Below are positions 27,277 through 36,606 of a stretch of DNA of 64,000 nt, in pieces. The notes beneath the pieces are model-generated. The model did no database searches, had not been told where the DNA came from, and was given only the letters and a program-made list of their open reading frames with translations. Source of the DNA: an uncultured Acidimicrobiia bacterium (GTDB taxonomy: Bacteria; Actinomycetota; Acidimicrobiia; Spongiisociales; UBA4744); NCBI GenBank assembly GCA_964496205.1, contig CAZBXV010000003.1, positions 13,613-77,612 on the forward strand, written 5' to 3'. How positions within the stretch are numbered: the stretch's first letter is position 1; every line of letters starts with the position of its first letter. The translations under genes and the position numbers were made by a program.

Positions 27277-28346
27277 ACCGAAAACCTCACAACCAGCACG
27301 TCGCCCTCTTTGACGACGTAGTCCTTGCCTTCGACTCTCACGCCACCTTGGCTCTTCGCAGCATCCCAACCGCCGCTCTCGATCACGGTTCCAATCGGTG
27401 CGACCTCGGCCCTGATGAAACCCCTCTGGAGATCGGAGTGGATCTTGCCAGCGGCGATCGGTGCCGTCGACCCCTCACGGACCGTCCACGCATGCGACTC
27501 CTTGGGGCCGACCGTGTAGAAGGTCAGAAGTCCCAGCGTTGAGTATGCGGCACGGACCATTTCAGCCAGTGCCCCCTCTCCGAGGCCGAGCCCGTCCAGG
27601 ATCTCCTTGCGGTCATCCACAGGAAGGGCGGCAACCTCGGCTTCGATCGCGACAGACAAGGCAACGACTGCGTCACCTTCTGGTACGGCCCGCAGAACCG
27701 TGTCGACGAGGCGTTCGGGGTTCGACTCGTTCTCGTCGATGTTCACCACCCACACGGCCGGCTGAAGGGTGAGCGGGGCGAGGTCGCGAAAAGCCGCCAA
27801 GTCGGCGGCATCCCAGGACCGATCCCGCAGCGGCCTCCCCTCGCCAAGGTGGTCGGCTGCGTCCGCAATCGCATCCGCCGCACGCTTCTTCTTCGGATCC
27901 GCCGACGCCTCCTTGGCGATCTTGGGGCGCCTCCGCTCGAACACGTCGGCATCTGCCATCGTCAGCTCGAGGAGCAGCTCCTCGGCCTGAGAGACCGGAT
28001 CGGTACCGGACTCGTCAGATACGATCTCCTCATCGGTGAAGGCTCGCACAACCATCACGTGCCCGTCCATCTCACGAGCCCGGCCGAGGAACTGGGTTCC
28101 GAGCCCTCCACCGTGTGACGCCATCGCAGGTAGATCGAGCAGTTCCAAGGTTGCGTGGACGATCTTCTTCGATTTCTCGATCTCCGCGGCCGCCTCGAGC
28201 AGCGGGTCGGGAATCGCCGCCACTCCGAGGTTCGGTGACGTGGTCGAAAACGGATGAGGAGCCGTCGGTGCGTCCAGCCCGGTCATCGCATTGAACAGCG
28301 CGGTCTTGCCCACATTTGAAAGACCGATGATGCCGAGTCGCGCCAT
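27273..28346 (-). CDS. ychF: redox-regulated ribosome-associated ATPase YchF
   Basis: G1 motif GIIGLSNVGKTALFNAMT. C-terminal TGS domain. ATG verified at 28346. Confidence 0.9.
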   Translation of the reverse strand: MARLGIIGLSNVGKTALFNAMTGLDAPTAPHPFSTTSPNLGVAAIPDPLLEAAAEIEKSKKIVHATLELLDLPAMASHGGGLGTQFLGRAREMDGHVMVVRAFTDEEIVSDESGTDPVSQAEELLLELTMADADVFERRRPKIAKEASADPKKKRAADAIADAADHLGEGRPLRDRSWDAADLAAFRDLAPLTLQPAVWVVNIDENESNPERLVDTVLRAVPEGDAVVALSVAIEAEVAALPVDDRKEILDGLGLGEGALAEMVRAAYSTLGLLTFYTVGPKESHAWTVREGSTAPIAAGKIHSDLQRGFIRAEVAPIGTVIESGGWDAAKSQGGVRVEGKDYVVKEGDVLVVRFSV

Positions 28347-28468
28347 GGGAACACTGTACCGGTGCTCGGGCCCTGAAGATGAAACTGGTCCGCCCGCGTC
28401 GATGGGGTTCGGAATTTGTGCGGCGGGCACCGACCGGCGCCCCTTCCAGTGACTACGGTACGGACGCG

Positions 28469-29461
28469 ATGCGTGTCAGTGTGATCGGTGCCGGCTCGTG
28501 GGGAACCACCGTTGCTTCTCTGACTGCACGTGCACATCCCACACGATTGTGGGTCAGGCGCCCGGAACTGGCCGAGACGATCCGCACAACGTCCGAGAAC
28601 CCCGACTACCTGGCCGGCCATCGTCTCCCCTACGGTCTCCAGGCGACGAGCGATCTACGACAGGCAACCGACGGAGCGGATGTGGTCGTCATGGCCGTTC
28701 CTTCTCATGGATTCCGTGCCGTGGTCGAGGGACTCGTTGACACCGTCGGCCCTTCGACTCCGATCCTCAGTCTGTCCAAAGGTATCGAGCAGAGCACACT
28801 GATGCGGATGACCGAGGTCACTCTCGACGTCCTGTCGGATCACGACCGTTCGCTGGTCGGAGTGATGACCGGTCCCAACCTGGCATCAGAAATCATGGAA
28901 GGTCACCCGACTGCCACAGTGATAGCCATGGCCGACACGGAGCGCGCAGAGCAACTTCAACGCCTGTTCATGGGACCTACCTTCCGCGTCTACACCAACG
29001 ACGACGTCGTCGGCTGTGAGACGGCCGGTGCGCTGAAGAACGTCCTGGCGATCGCCGCGGGCATGTCATCCGGTCTCGGCTTCGGCGACAATTCGCTTGC
29101 AACACTGATCACGCGAGCACTCGCAGAACTCACACGACTCGGCGTTGCCATGGGAGGCTCACGCAACACCTTCGCAGGACTCGCCGGCATGGGGGACCTG
29201 ATCGCCACATGCGTCTCCACGAGGAGCCGAAATCATCGAGTAGGTGTCGAACTCGGCCGCGGTCGCACGATCGAAGCGATCATCGCCGACATGCAAATGG
29301 TCGCTGAGGGTGTCAAGACCACAAAGGCGGTGCTGCAGCTGGCCGAACGGTACGGAATCGAAATGCCGATCTCCACCCAAGTCGGCCGCGTGCTGTACGA
29401 GGGTGCCAGCCCCCGCGAAGCCGTGCTGGCGTTGATGACGCGCGAGGCGAAGAGCGAGTAG
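28469..29461 (+). CDS. gpsA: NAD(P)H-dependent glycerol-3-phosphate dehydrogenase
   Basis: N-terminal VIGAGSWGT Rossmann motif and the full GpsA pattern. ATG verified at 28469. Confidence 0.9.
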   Translation: MRVSVIGAGSWGTTVASLTARAHPTRLWVRRPELAETIRTTSENPDYLAGHRLPYGLQATSDLRQATDGADVVVMAVPSHGFRAVVEGLVDTVGPSTPILSLSKGIEQSTLMRMTEVTLDVLSDHDRSLVGVMTGPNLASEIMEGHPTATVIAMADTERAEQLQRLFMGPTFRVYTNDDVVGCETAGALKNVLAIAAGMSSGLGFGDNSLATLITRALAELTRLGVAMGGSRNTFAGLAGMGDLIATCVSTRSRNHRVGVELGRGRTIEAIIADMQMVAEGVKTTKAVLQLAERYGIEMPISTQVGRVLYEGASPREAVLALMTREAKSE

Positions 29462-29680
29462 GGAACTCATCATTCGTCGAAGAGGCTGACGGCTGTTCAG
29501 CCTCCAGCAGCCAGCAGCCAGCCAGAGCGCGACCACAGGTGTCGCCGCAGACCGTCGGGCGACCGTTCCCTCCCCCAATGAAGGCTGAGCCGTACCTTTG
29601 CACACCTTGGACCTGTTTCTTCTCGCCGCGATACGACGTACGAGATACCAGATACGGCCCGCATGGCGGGCCCGGCGCCA

Positions 29681-30586
29681 TCAGGCGCCCACGGCTGCCA
29701 CCTGCAACGCCCGGTAGAGCAGATGCTGGTCACCAAGACGGCGGCGCAGTTCACGCTCCAGGCCTCCGATCGGGTACAGGTTCTGTGGAGCACGCGGATC
29801 CTTGTGACGTTCTGAGGCATACCGGGGTAGCGTCACGGCAACACGATCGGCGAGCGTCCTGGCGGCCGCCACGTTCTGGTTGGCGGTCGCTTCGCAACGG
29901 ACGACCCCGGCGAGCGGACCGCCCCCGCCCCCAGGGAGCCGCTGGTACCAGGAGAATCGGCTCCAGGCCGTGGTCGTGAGGAACAGCGGCGTCCGCTCTC
30001 CTGGTCGCAACGCTGTGAGTACACCCATCAGCGCCGTCGGGAGGTACTGCACGTGGTGCGTCTTGACGTACCCGACGGTACCCGCTTCCTTTCCTGTTCT
30101 CAGTGGACCGTCCGTGATCACGAGTTCGGCATCACGTCGGTTGGCCGACACCTCACCTTCCAGTTCGCCCATTCGCTGCTGAAGACCGAGCCAGAGGTCC
30201 TCGTTCGATGAGCCGGCTGTGATGCGGACCTCATAGCTGCCGTGACGGGTGCGAACGGTTTCGGCCTCGGGTGATGGGGTGAAGAGACCACGGCGCACTT
30301 CTGCGGCGACGAGCTTCGCATCCCCGTCGGAGCGAACGGCTCCCGCCGCGTAGGTCGCACAGATCCCGAGCGTCGGCTGATCGTCGCCGATCCAGATGTT
30401 CGCGTCGATTCGGCGCACTCCGTCAACGAACAGCAACGATTGTGCCGGTTCGATCGAAGGGCTGATCGGCTTCCAGTCCCCTGCCGGTACTTCGATGTCG
30501 ACGTCCAATTTGGCGGTCGACTCATCGAGCTCCGGTGACATTGGCGTGCCGTACTCAGGTGCCCATGGTTCGATCGAGAACTTCAC
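29681..30586 (-). CDS. NurA-like (RNase H-fold) nuclease, third gene of the sbcDC operon
   Basis: GTG start overlaps the sbcC stop (GTGA). Acidic residues are spaced as in NurA: FVDGV (D55), mid-protein Glu, ITDGPL (D159), GYVKTHH. The family call is inference from motif spacing only. Confidence 0.45.
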   Translation of the reverse strand: MKFSIEPWAPEYGTPMSPELDESTAKLDVDIEVPAGDWKPISPSIEPAQSLLFVDGVRRIDANIWIGDDQPTLGICATYAAGAVRSDGDAKLVAAEVRRGLFTPSPEAETVRTRHGSYEVRITAGSSNEDLWLGLQQRMGELEGEVSANRRDAELVITDGPLRTGKEAGTVGYVKTHHVQYLPTALMGVLTALRPGERTPLFLTTTAWSRFSWYQRLPGGGGGPLAGVVRCEATANQNVAAARTLADRVAVTLPRYASERHKDPRAPQNLYPIGGLERELRRRLGDQHLLYRALQVAAVGA

Positions 30587-32934
30587 GCGTCGACCCTTTC
30601 CACATGGGCGCCGGACACGTCCTTGGTGACGACGAACCGGGTCGGGACCTGTTCGGCCAGATCGGGAACGTGGCTGATGAGACCGACGGTGAGCCCTGTG
30701 GAGCCGAGCTGCTGAACCACGGACGCGACCACATCGAGTGTTTCCTGATCGAGGGTGCCGAACCCTTCGTCGAGGAAGATCGATTCGAGCTTTGGTGTCC
30801 CACGAGCAGGCATCTCGGTGAGCTGGTCCGAGAGCGAGAGCGCAAGGGCGAGAGATACGAGGAACGTCTCACCTCCTGACAGAGTCCGGACGGACCGTCG
30901 CTGATCGGCGTTGCGATGGTCGACGACCATGAACCCCGTCTTGTCGGTCTCGAGCGAGTAGGCACCAGACGACAGATCATCGAGCCGCTGGTTGGCGCTG
31001 ACCGTCAGTTCGACGAGCGCCTCTTCGAGGACCCACGACTCGAACCGATTGGCTCGCAGGTGCAAGGCGAGGGCCGCGGCCACCGTGCTTCGTTCCCGCT
31101 CCTTGGCGATGTCGGCGGCGAGTTCCACTGTCCGCCGCTTCGCGCTCTGTACCTCTTCGAGTTCCTTACGTGCGGAGAACACGGCCTCTTCCGGAGTGAT
31201 GTCCGACCCGAGGCCCGCGAGGTGCTTCTCCAGATCTTCAACGAGGCCGGCTCTGTCGTCTGCAAGCTGCTTCGCGGTGGTGCCGAGGGCGTCGAGTCGA
31301 CTGCGCACATCCTTCGCCTGAGTAGATGCCCAGTCCGTCAGGGTGGTCCACGCTGCGGCGAGGTCGTCCATCGCCGCCGGAGGAGGCTCGAGATGGGCGA
31401 CGCGGTCTCTTGTGGCGTGGAAGGTGTCGAGCGCTGCGGTGCGCTCTCCGGTGAGTTCGGTCCGGCGCTGCTCGGCATCGTCGGCGGCCTTGCGCGCCCT
31501 GTGAGCCGCCTCTCTCAGTTCGGCGAGTCGTTCGTGTGCAGCCCTTGTCGTTTCCAGGGTCTGAGTCAGCTCGTCGACATCAGCAACACCTTCGAGGTCG
31601 AGCGAAGCGATCTGGGAGGCGATCTCCTCCACCATGGTCTTGGAGGTCGCGCTCACGACCTCGGCATCTGTCAGTGCCTTGCGTGCGACATCGAGGTCTG
31701 CCATTCGAGCGGCGATGTCGGTATGGGCGCGAGCGAGGTCCTCGATCGGCTCGATCGAAGGGAGTTCGGTGATCGGGACCCCACACACCGGGCAAGGTTC
31801 GCCGACCATCACGGTTGCGGCGAGCTCGTGGGCGGCATGCGTCCGCCTGAGTCGTTCGAGCTTCTCGGCGGCTTCGGTCCTCGCCAGTTCGGCTTTGTCG
31901 ATCTCCTGACGACACCGTTCGAGTAGCGTCTCCGACTTTGCCAGCTTGCTCGCTGCCTGCTTCTGTCGCCCAAGGAGGTCCTCGAGTGCGCGCCGCTTGG
32001 CGATCTGTGACTCGAGCGTCGCCGGATTCGGAAGTGTCGCGATTGATCGTTCGTGCGTATCGAGTGCATTGTCTGCCTGCGTGGCGCGTTGCTTCGCCTC
32101 TCTGAGCTCGCCATCGGCGTTGGTGACACGGCGTACCAGCTCGCCGAGACCCTTCGGCGGTCGTATGTCGAGGACCGAGATGGTCTGTTCATCCCGGGCG
32201 ATCTGCTGTTTCGTATCGTTCAGCTTCTCGACGAGACCGCCGATCTGCGTTCTGATACCGGCGATCGTGTCCCGGAGCCCCTCGAGCTCCTCGACCCGTC
32301 GCGCGAGCGCCTCCTCGTCGCTGGCGGCGCGGCCGGCGAGGAGATCAACCTCACGCTGGTGTCCTGCGAGTGCCTGGTCTGCCGCCGCCTTTCGTTCATT
32401 GGCGAGATCTCGTATGCGTCGGTAGACACGAAGATCGAGAAGCTCACGCAACAGCTCCTGCCGCTCACGGGGCTTGTCGTGAAGGAATCGGGCGAACTCG
32501 CCTTGGGGCAGGACGACCGCCTTGGTGAAGTGCTCATAGGCGAGCCCCAGGAGTTCCTCCACCTTCTTGGTGACCTCGTCGGCTCCGGATGCGAGCGGGG
32601 CACCGTCGTGTTCGAGCCGCGCTTCGGTGGTGGTGGCCCCTCCACTCTTGGTACGTCTGACGACCCTGACGACCGAGTATGAGTCGCTTCCGACAGTGAA
32701 GTCGAACCGTATCCGAGCCTCGTTCTTTCCGAGGGTGATGACCGGTTCGACGGCTCGACGGTCCTCGTATCTCGGAACCGACCCGTAGAGCGCGAACACG
32801 ATGGCGTCGACGACGCTCGACTTGCCAGATCCGGTCGGGCCGGTGAGGGCGAACAGGTCGGCGTCGCGGAAGTCGACCGTCGTCTTGTCTCGATAGGCGG
32901 TGAACCCTGCGATCTCCAGCTCGACAGGCCTCAT
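30583..32934 (-). CDS. sbcC: SbcC / Rad50-family ATPase with zinc hook
   Basis: N-terminal Walker A GPTGSGKSS. Long coiled coils with a central CPVCG hook. C-terminal signature LSGGE and Walker B/D-loop FLDEGFGTLD. Confidence 0.85.
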   Translation of the reverse strand: MRPVELEIAGFTAYRDKTTVDFRDADLFALTGPTGSGKSSVVDAIVFALYGSVPRYEDRRAVEPVITLGKNEARIRFDFTVGSDSYSVVRVVRRTKSGGATTTEARLEHDGAPLASGADEVTKKVEELLGLAYEHFTKAVVLPQGEFARFLHDKPRERQELLRELLDLRVYRRIRDLANERKAAADQALAGHQREVDLLAGRAASDEEALARRVEELEGLRDTIAGIRTQIGGLVEKLNDTKQQIARDEQTISVLDIRPPKGLGELVRRVTNADGELREAKQRATQADNALDTHERSIATLPNPATLESQIAKRRALEDLLGRQKQAASKLAKSETLLERCRQEIDKAELARTEAAEKLERLRRTHAAHELAATVMVGEPCPVCGVPITELPSIEPIEDLARAHTDIAARMADLDVARKALTDAEVVSATSKTMVEEIASQIASLDLEGVADVDELTQTLETTRAAHERLAELREAAHRARKAADDAEQRRTELTGERTAALDTFHATRDRVAHLEPPPAAMDDLAAAWTTLTDWASTQAKDVRSRLDALGTTAKQLADDRAGLVEDLEKHLAGLGSDITPEEAVFSARKELEEVQSAKRRTVELAADIAKERERSTVAAALALHLRANRFESWVLEEALVELTVSANQRLDDLSSGAYSLETDKTGFMVVDHRNADQRRSVRTLSGGETFLVSLALALSLSDQLTEMPARGTPKLESIFLDEGFGTLDQETLDVVASVVQQLGSTGLTVGLISHVPDLAEQVPTRFVVTKDVSGAHVERVDA

Positions 32935-34070
32935 CGGGCTTCCTCGAGTAGCTCGTCGAACAGGGCGACAACGCGTTCGTCCGATGCGTTGATCTCGTCC
33001 AGGTACTTCGTGAACAGCTCGTGTGGTGGTTTGCCGAGCTTCGGTTCCGGTGACACCTTGCGGCTCGCATCGGTGGGGGTCGCGAGCACGACATCTACGG
33101 CACCTGGAAACATCTCGCGTACATGGTCGGCGAGCCCGGCCCGTGCCGGTTCTTCGAGAACGATCTTCAGGTAGGCGTCCGCTGTGGTCCCGGCGAAAGG
33201 TTCGAGGGACTCGAGCGTGCCGCTGAGCTGCTTCAAACGCCGCCCGGACCGCAGCGGAACTTGTGTCACGGACGCAGGCTTGCCTGGTTCCGCCTCCACG
33301 ATGACAACGACCTTCTCGTCCTGGGTTTCCCCGAAGTCGAGCTGCAACGGCGACCCGGAGTACCAGACAGGCGCTGCCGCGGGGATCCGTTGGGGCCTGT
33401 GGAGATGCCCGAGCGCGACGTAGGACAGCGCGCCGTTGAACGCTCCCGCCGGCACCCAGTAGTCGAAGATCGTGTGAGCACCCCGCTCCCCCCCGCCGAG
33501 TAGCCCCTCGGCAACCATCAGGTGCGAGACGACCAGGTTGACATCGTCCGTGCGGATTCCCTCGGTGAGCTTCGCGAGGATCGCTGCGAGACGTTCCGCG
33601 TACAAGGCACCGTGCTCGTATGCCTCGAGTTCCATGAGGTCGGATGCCGAGACGATGCCCCGCTGTGTCACGAACGGCAGCATCGCCACTCTGGCCGTTT
33701 CGCCGGAAGCTGTGTCGATCCGCACGACCCCGCCGTTGCCCGGCGCCTTCGGGGTTGCAGTCACGTGCACACGTCCGAGTTCAAGGAGCGGGGCAACTGC
33801 TTCGAGGCGGCGTCCGTTGTCGTGGTTGCCGGCGACCATCACCACCGGTGCCACACCGGCGAGTTCGAGCAGCGCCTCGTAGACGATCTCCTCAGATTCG
33901 GCTGTCGGCGCGACCACATCGAAGATGTCACCGGCGACAGCGATGAGATCGACGTGTTCCTGTTCGGCGATCGTTGCGATCTCACCGAGGACGGACCTGT
34001 GCTCGTCCGCTCGGCTGCGGCCACGGATGGCGCGACCGACGTGCCAGTCGGCTGTGTGCAGGATCTTCAC
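32931..34070 (-). CDS. sbcD: SbcD / Mre11-family nuclease
   Basis: Calcineurin-like motifs ILHTADWHVG, GDIFD, GNHD. GTG start verified at 34070. The ORF-track N-terminal 284 aa would overlap the divergent gene and is rejected. 4-bp overlap with sbcC. Confidence 0.8.
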   Translation of the reverse strand: MKILHTADWHVGRAIRGRSRADEHRSVLGEIATIAEQEHVDLIAVAGDIFDVVAPTAESEEIVYEALLELAGVAPVVMVAGNHDNGRRLEAVAPLLELGRVHVTATPKAPGNGGVVRIDTASGETARVAMLPFVTQRGIVSASDLMELEAYEHGALYAERLAAILAKLTEGIRTDDVNLVVSHLMVAEGLLGGGERGAHTIFDYWVPAGAFNGALSYVALGHLHRPQRIPAAAPVWYSGSPLQLDFGETQDEKVVVIVEAEPGKPASVTQVPLRSGRRLKQLSGTLESLEPFAGTTADAYLKIVLEEPARAGLADHVREMFPGAVDVVLATPTDASRKVSPEPKLGKPPHELFTKYLDEINASDERVVALFDELLEEAR

Positions 34071-34130
34071 GTCGCCGATGGTACCGACACCTAGGGACGC
34101 AACCGTGTATGCCGTCGCTACCCTGCCGTC

Positions 34131-35444
34131 ATGGAGATACCAGCCACCGGCCGACCCCGCGAGGACCTTCTGCGCGAGATGGAAACGCTGGCCGGGGCCG
34201 AGGCGAGCTGGGAGGACGGCCACACGTGGAGTCTCGTCTATCACGCCGGTGAAGAGCACACGACCTACCTGAAAGCGGCCCATGGGTTGTTCTTCTCCGA
34301 GAACGCACTCAACCCGATGGCGTTCCCTGCGCTGCGCCGGTTCGAAGCGGAGGTCGTCCGGATGACGGCATCGATGCTCAACGGCGGCGCCGAGGTCGCC
34401 GGCACGATGACCTCGGGGGGTACCGAGAGTCTCCTCGCGGCCGTGAAGACGTACCGGGATTGGGGTGCGGCCACGAAAGGCATCAACGAGCCCGAGATGG
34501 TGCTGCCTGTGACCGCCCACGCTGCGTTCGACAAGGCGGCCTCCTACTTCGGCGTTCGACAAGTACGTGTCCCGCTGGGCGAAGATCTTCGCGCCGACCC
34601 CGCTGGGATGGAGGCGGCGATCACCCCCAACACGATCCTCATGGTGGGTTCCACTCCCGACTACCCGTTCGGACAGGTCGATCCAATCGAAGAGCTGGCG
34701 TCGATCGCCGGGGAACACGGTATCGGCATGCACGTCGACGCCTGCCTCGGAGGTTTCCTCGTCCCGTGGGCAGAACGTCTCGGCGTACCGGTCGGAGCCT
34801 GGGATTTTCGGGTTCCCGGTGTGACATCGATGTCGGCCGATGTCCACAAGTACGGCTTCGGGGCGAAAGGCGCATCCACGGTTCTGTATCGGACGGCCGA
34901 CCTCAGGCGATTCCAGTTCCACGTCACGAGCGACTGGCCTGGCGGCATCTACGCGTCACCATCGATGGCCGGAACCCGTCCGGGCGGGCCCATCGCGGCG
35001 GCATGGGCCGCGATGCAGGCAATCGGTCAGGACGGGTACCTCGAGATGACCAGACAGATCCTCGACATCTCCGGGCGCCTGCTCGATGGGATCAAGGATA
35101 TCGACGCACTCCGTGTGCTCGGCGATCCGAAACTGAGTGTCTTTGCGTTCCAGGGGGTCGACGTCGACACCTACGCGATCGGCGACGCGCTCGAAGCCAG
35201 AGGGTGGCACGTCGATCGACAAATCAAGCCTGCGTCGCTGCACTTCATGGTGACACCCGCACACTCGGGAATCGTGGACCGGTTCCTCGAAGATCTCCGT
35301 GACAGCGTGGATGACGTGCGGGCGCATCCCGAGCTCGCAACGAGCGGCCAGGCAGCGATGTACGGAATGATGACGACCCTTCCAGACGACGGGACACTCG
35401 ACGAGATCGTCCTCCAAACCCTCGACGGCCTGTACTCGACCTAG
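34131..35444 (+). CDS. PLP-dependent group-II decarboxylase family, sphingosine-1-phosphate-lyase/glutamate-decarboxylase-like
   Basis: PLP-lysine motif SADVHKYGFGAKGAS characteristic of SPL/GAD-like enzymes. Fold-type I pattern throughout. Confidence 0.7.
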   Translation: MEIPATGRPREDLLREMETLAGAEASWEDGHTWSLVYHAGEEHTTYLKAAHGLFFSENALNPMAFPALRRFEAEVVRMTASMLNGGAEVAGTMTSGGTESLLAAVKTYRDWGAATKGINEPEMVLPVTAHAAFDKAASYFGVRQVRVPLGEDLRADPAGMEAAITPNTILMVGSTPDYPFGQVDPIEELASIAGEHGIGMHVDACLGGFLVPWAERLGVPVGAWDFRVPGVTSMSADVHKYGFGAKGASTVLYRTADLRRFQFHVTSDWPGGIYASPSMAGTRPGGPIAAAWAAMQAIGQDGYLEMTRQILDISGRLLDGIKDIDALRVLGDPKLSVFAFQGVDVDTYAIGDALEARGWHVDRQIKPASLHFMVTPAHSGIVDRFLEDLRDSVDDVRAHPELATSGQAAMYGMMTTLPDDGTLDEIVLQTLDGLYST

Positions 35445-36541
35445 GGCTTGAGCAGATAGGCAAGGGCGATGCCTGCGTAGTTGCCGATCGCATAACCGAC
35501 CACGCCGGTGGTCAGTCCCGACACTATGATCGCTCGGTTCTTCAGAGCCGTGGCGACGGTCGGCACGAACGCCGGTCCGAACACCGCCGCGGTCGATGTG
35601 ATGAGCACCGTGTCAGTATCGAGCCTGAAGAGCGCAGCCAGCAGGTAGTGGATGAGGATCGCTCCAATCAGTGCGATCGCAACGAACAGGAACACCCCTC
35701 CGAACGCCCCTGCGAGCTGTCGCACGTTGGCGAGCGTGCCGATCGCGACGGCGAAGATGAGAAGGAGGAACTCGCCCGTCTCGAACGTTCCTGGCTGTGT
35801 CCTGACCCGCGGCACGAACGAGGCAAGCACCCCGATCGTTGTGATGGACAGGATCACCAGAGCAATCGGCAGGTCAGGAGCGAACAGAAAGATCAGTCCA
35901 ACCGCCACAGCAGACGCGGCAATGCTGAGCAGGATCGACACGATCACGTCCTTTGCAGTTGGCGCCACCTGAACCTCGTTGATTTCGGTGGTGCCGAAGC
36001 GTGACGCGTCGAATGCCGGCAGGAACGTGGCCAGCACACGCTGCGCAATGGACAGGAGGAACAGCAGGTACACACCGGACAAGATGACGTCCGCCCCGTT
36101 CATCAGGACGAACGTTTCGTCCGGAACCTCCAGCGCCAACCCAACGGCGCTCATGTTCGGCGTGCCTCCCGTGTAGACGCCGACGGTCATACCGGCCATC
36201 TGCCAGTTGTGAGCGATCGTCACGACGAACGTGGCGATCGTTGAGGAGATCACGACCGCGATCGTTGCCAGCGCGAACGAGACCACTGCAGGGCGTGCGA
36301 TCTTGAGCCACGCCTTGAAGTCCGTCGTGAACAGCAGCAGCGGGATGGCAAGCACGACCGTCGCCTCGGTGACCGTGGTGGCGAGATTCGTGTCGACCGA
36401 GAACACGTTGCCGATCGCGATCCCGAACAGGTAGCAGAGCACGATCGGACCAAGGAACTCCAACGGCTTGAAGCGCTTCGCTCCCCACCTGGCAAGCGCA
36501 GGGAACCCGAGAAACGCAATGATGAGGATCGCCGAACCCAC
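35441..36541 (-). CDS. polytopic membrane protein of unknown function (DUF819-like)
   Basis: Ten or more predicted TM helices and no catalytic motifs. 4-bp overlap with the convergent gene end. Confidence 0.45.
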   Translation of the reverse strand: MGSAILIIAFLGFPALARWGAKRFKPLEFLGPIVLCYLFGIAIGNVFSVDTNLATTVTEATVVLAIPLLLFTTDFKAWLKIARPAVVSFALATIAVVISSTIATFVVTIAHNWQMAGMTVGVYTGGTPNMSAVGLALEVPDETFVLMNGADVILSGVYLLFLLSIAQRVLATFLPAFDASRFGTTEINEVQVAPTAKDVIVSILLSIAASAVAVGLIFLFAPDLPIALVILSITTIGVLASFVPRVRTQPGTFETGEFLLLIFAVAIGTLANVRQLAGAFGGVFLFVAIALIGAILIHYLLAALFRLDTDTVLITSTAAVFGPAFVPTVATALKNRAIIVSGLTTGVVGYAIGNYAGIALAYLLKP

Positions 36542-36606
36542 ACCGGGACGGTAGTCACGGGCGCATAGCCGATGTCGGCTGGAACCCAGTGGCCCGTCTG
36601 GAGGAC

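Noticed and set aside
29505-29525. Short cagcagc/cagccag tandem near the gpsA terminator hairpin
   Set aside because: Only about 3 imperfect 7-nt units, which is ordinary low-complexity sequence. The adjacent hairpins (29482-29504, 29655-29671) are more plausibly plain terminators of the convergent genes.
33522-34922. N-terminal 284 residues of the ORF-track sbcD (32931-34922) and the plus-strand ORFs in that area
   Set aside because: The Mre11 phosphoesterase motifs begin right after a GTG at 34070. The extension would run antisense through the well-supported PLP-decarboxylase gene.
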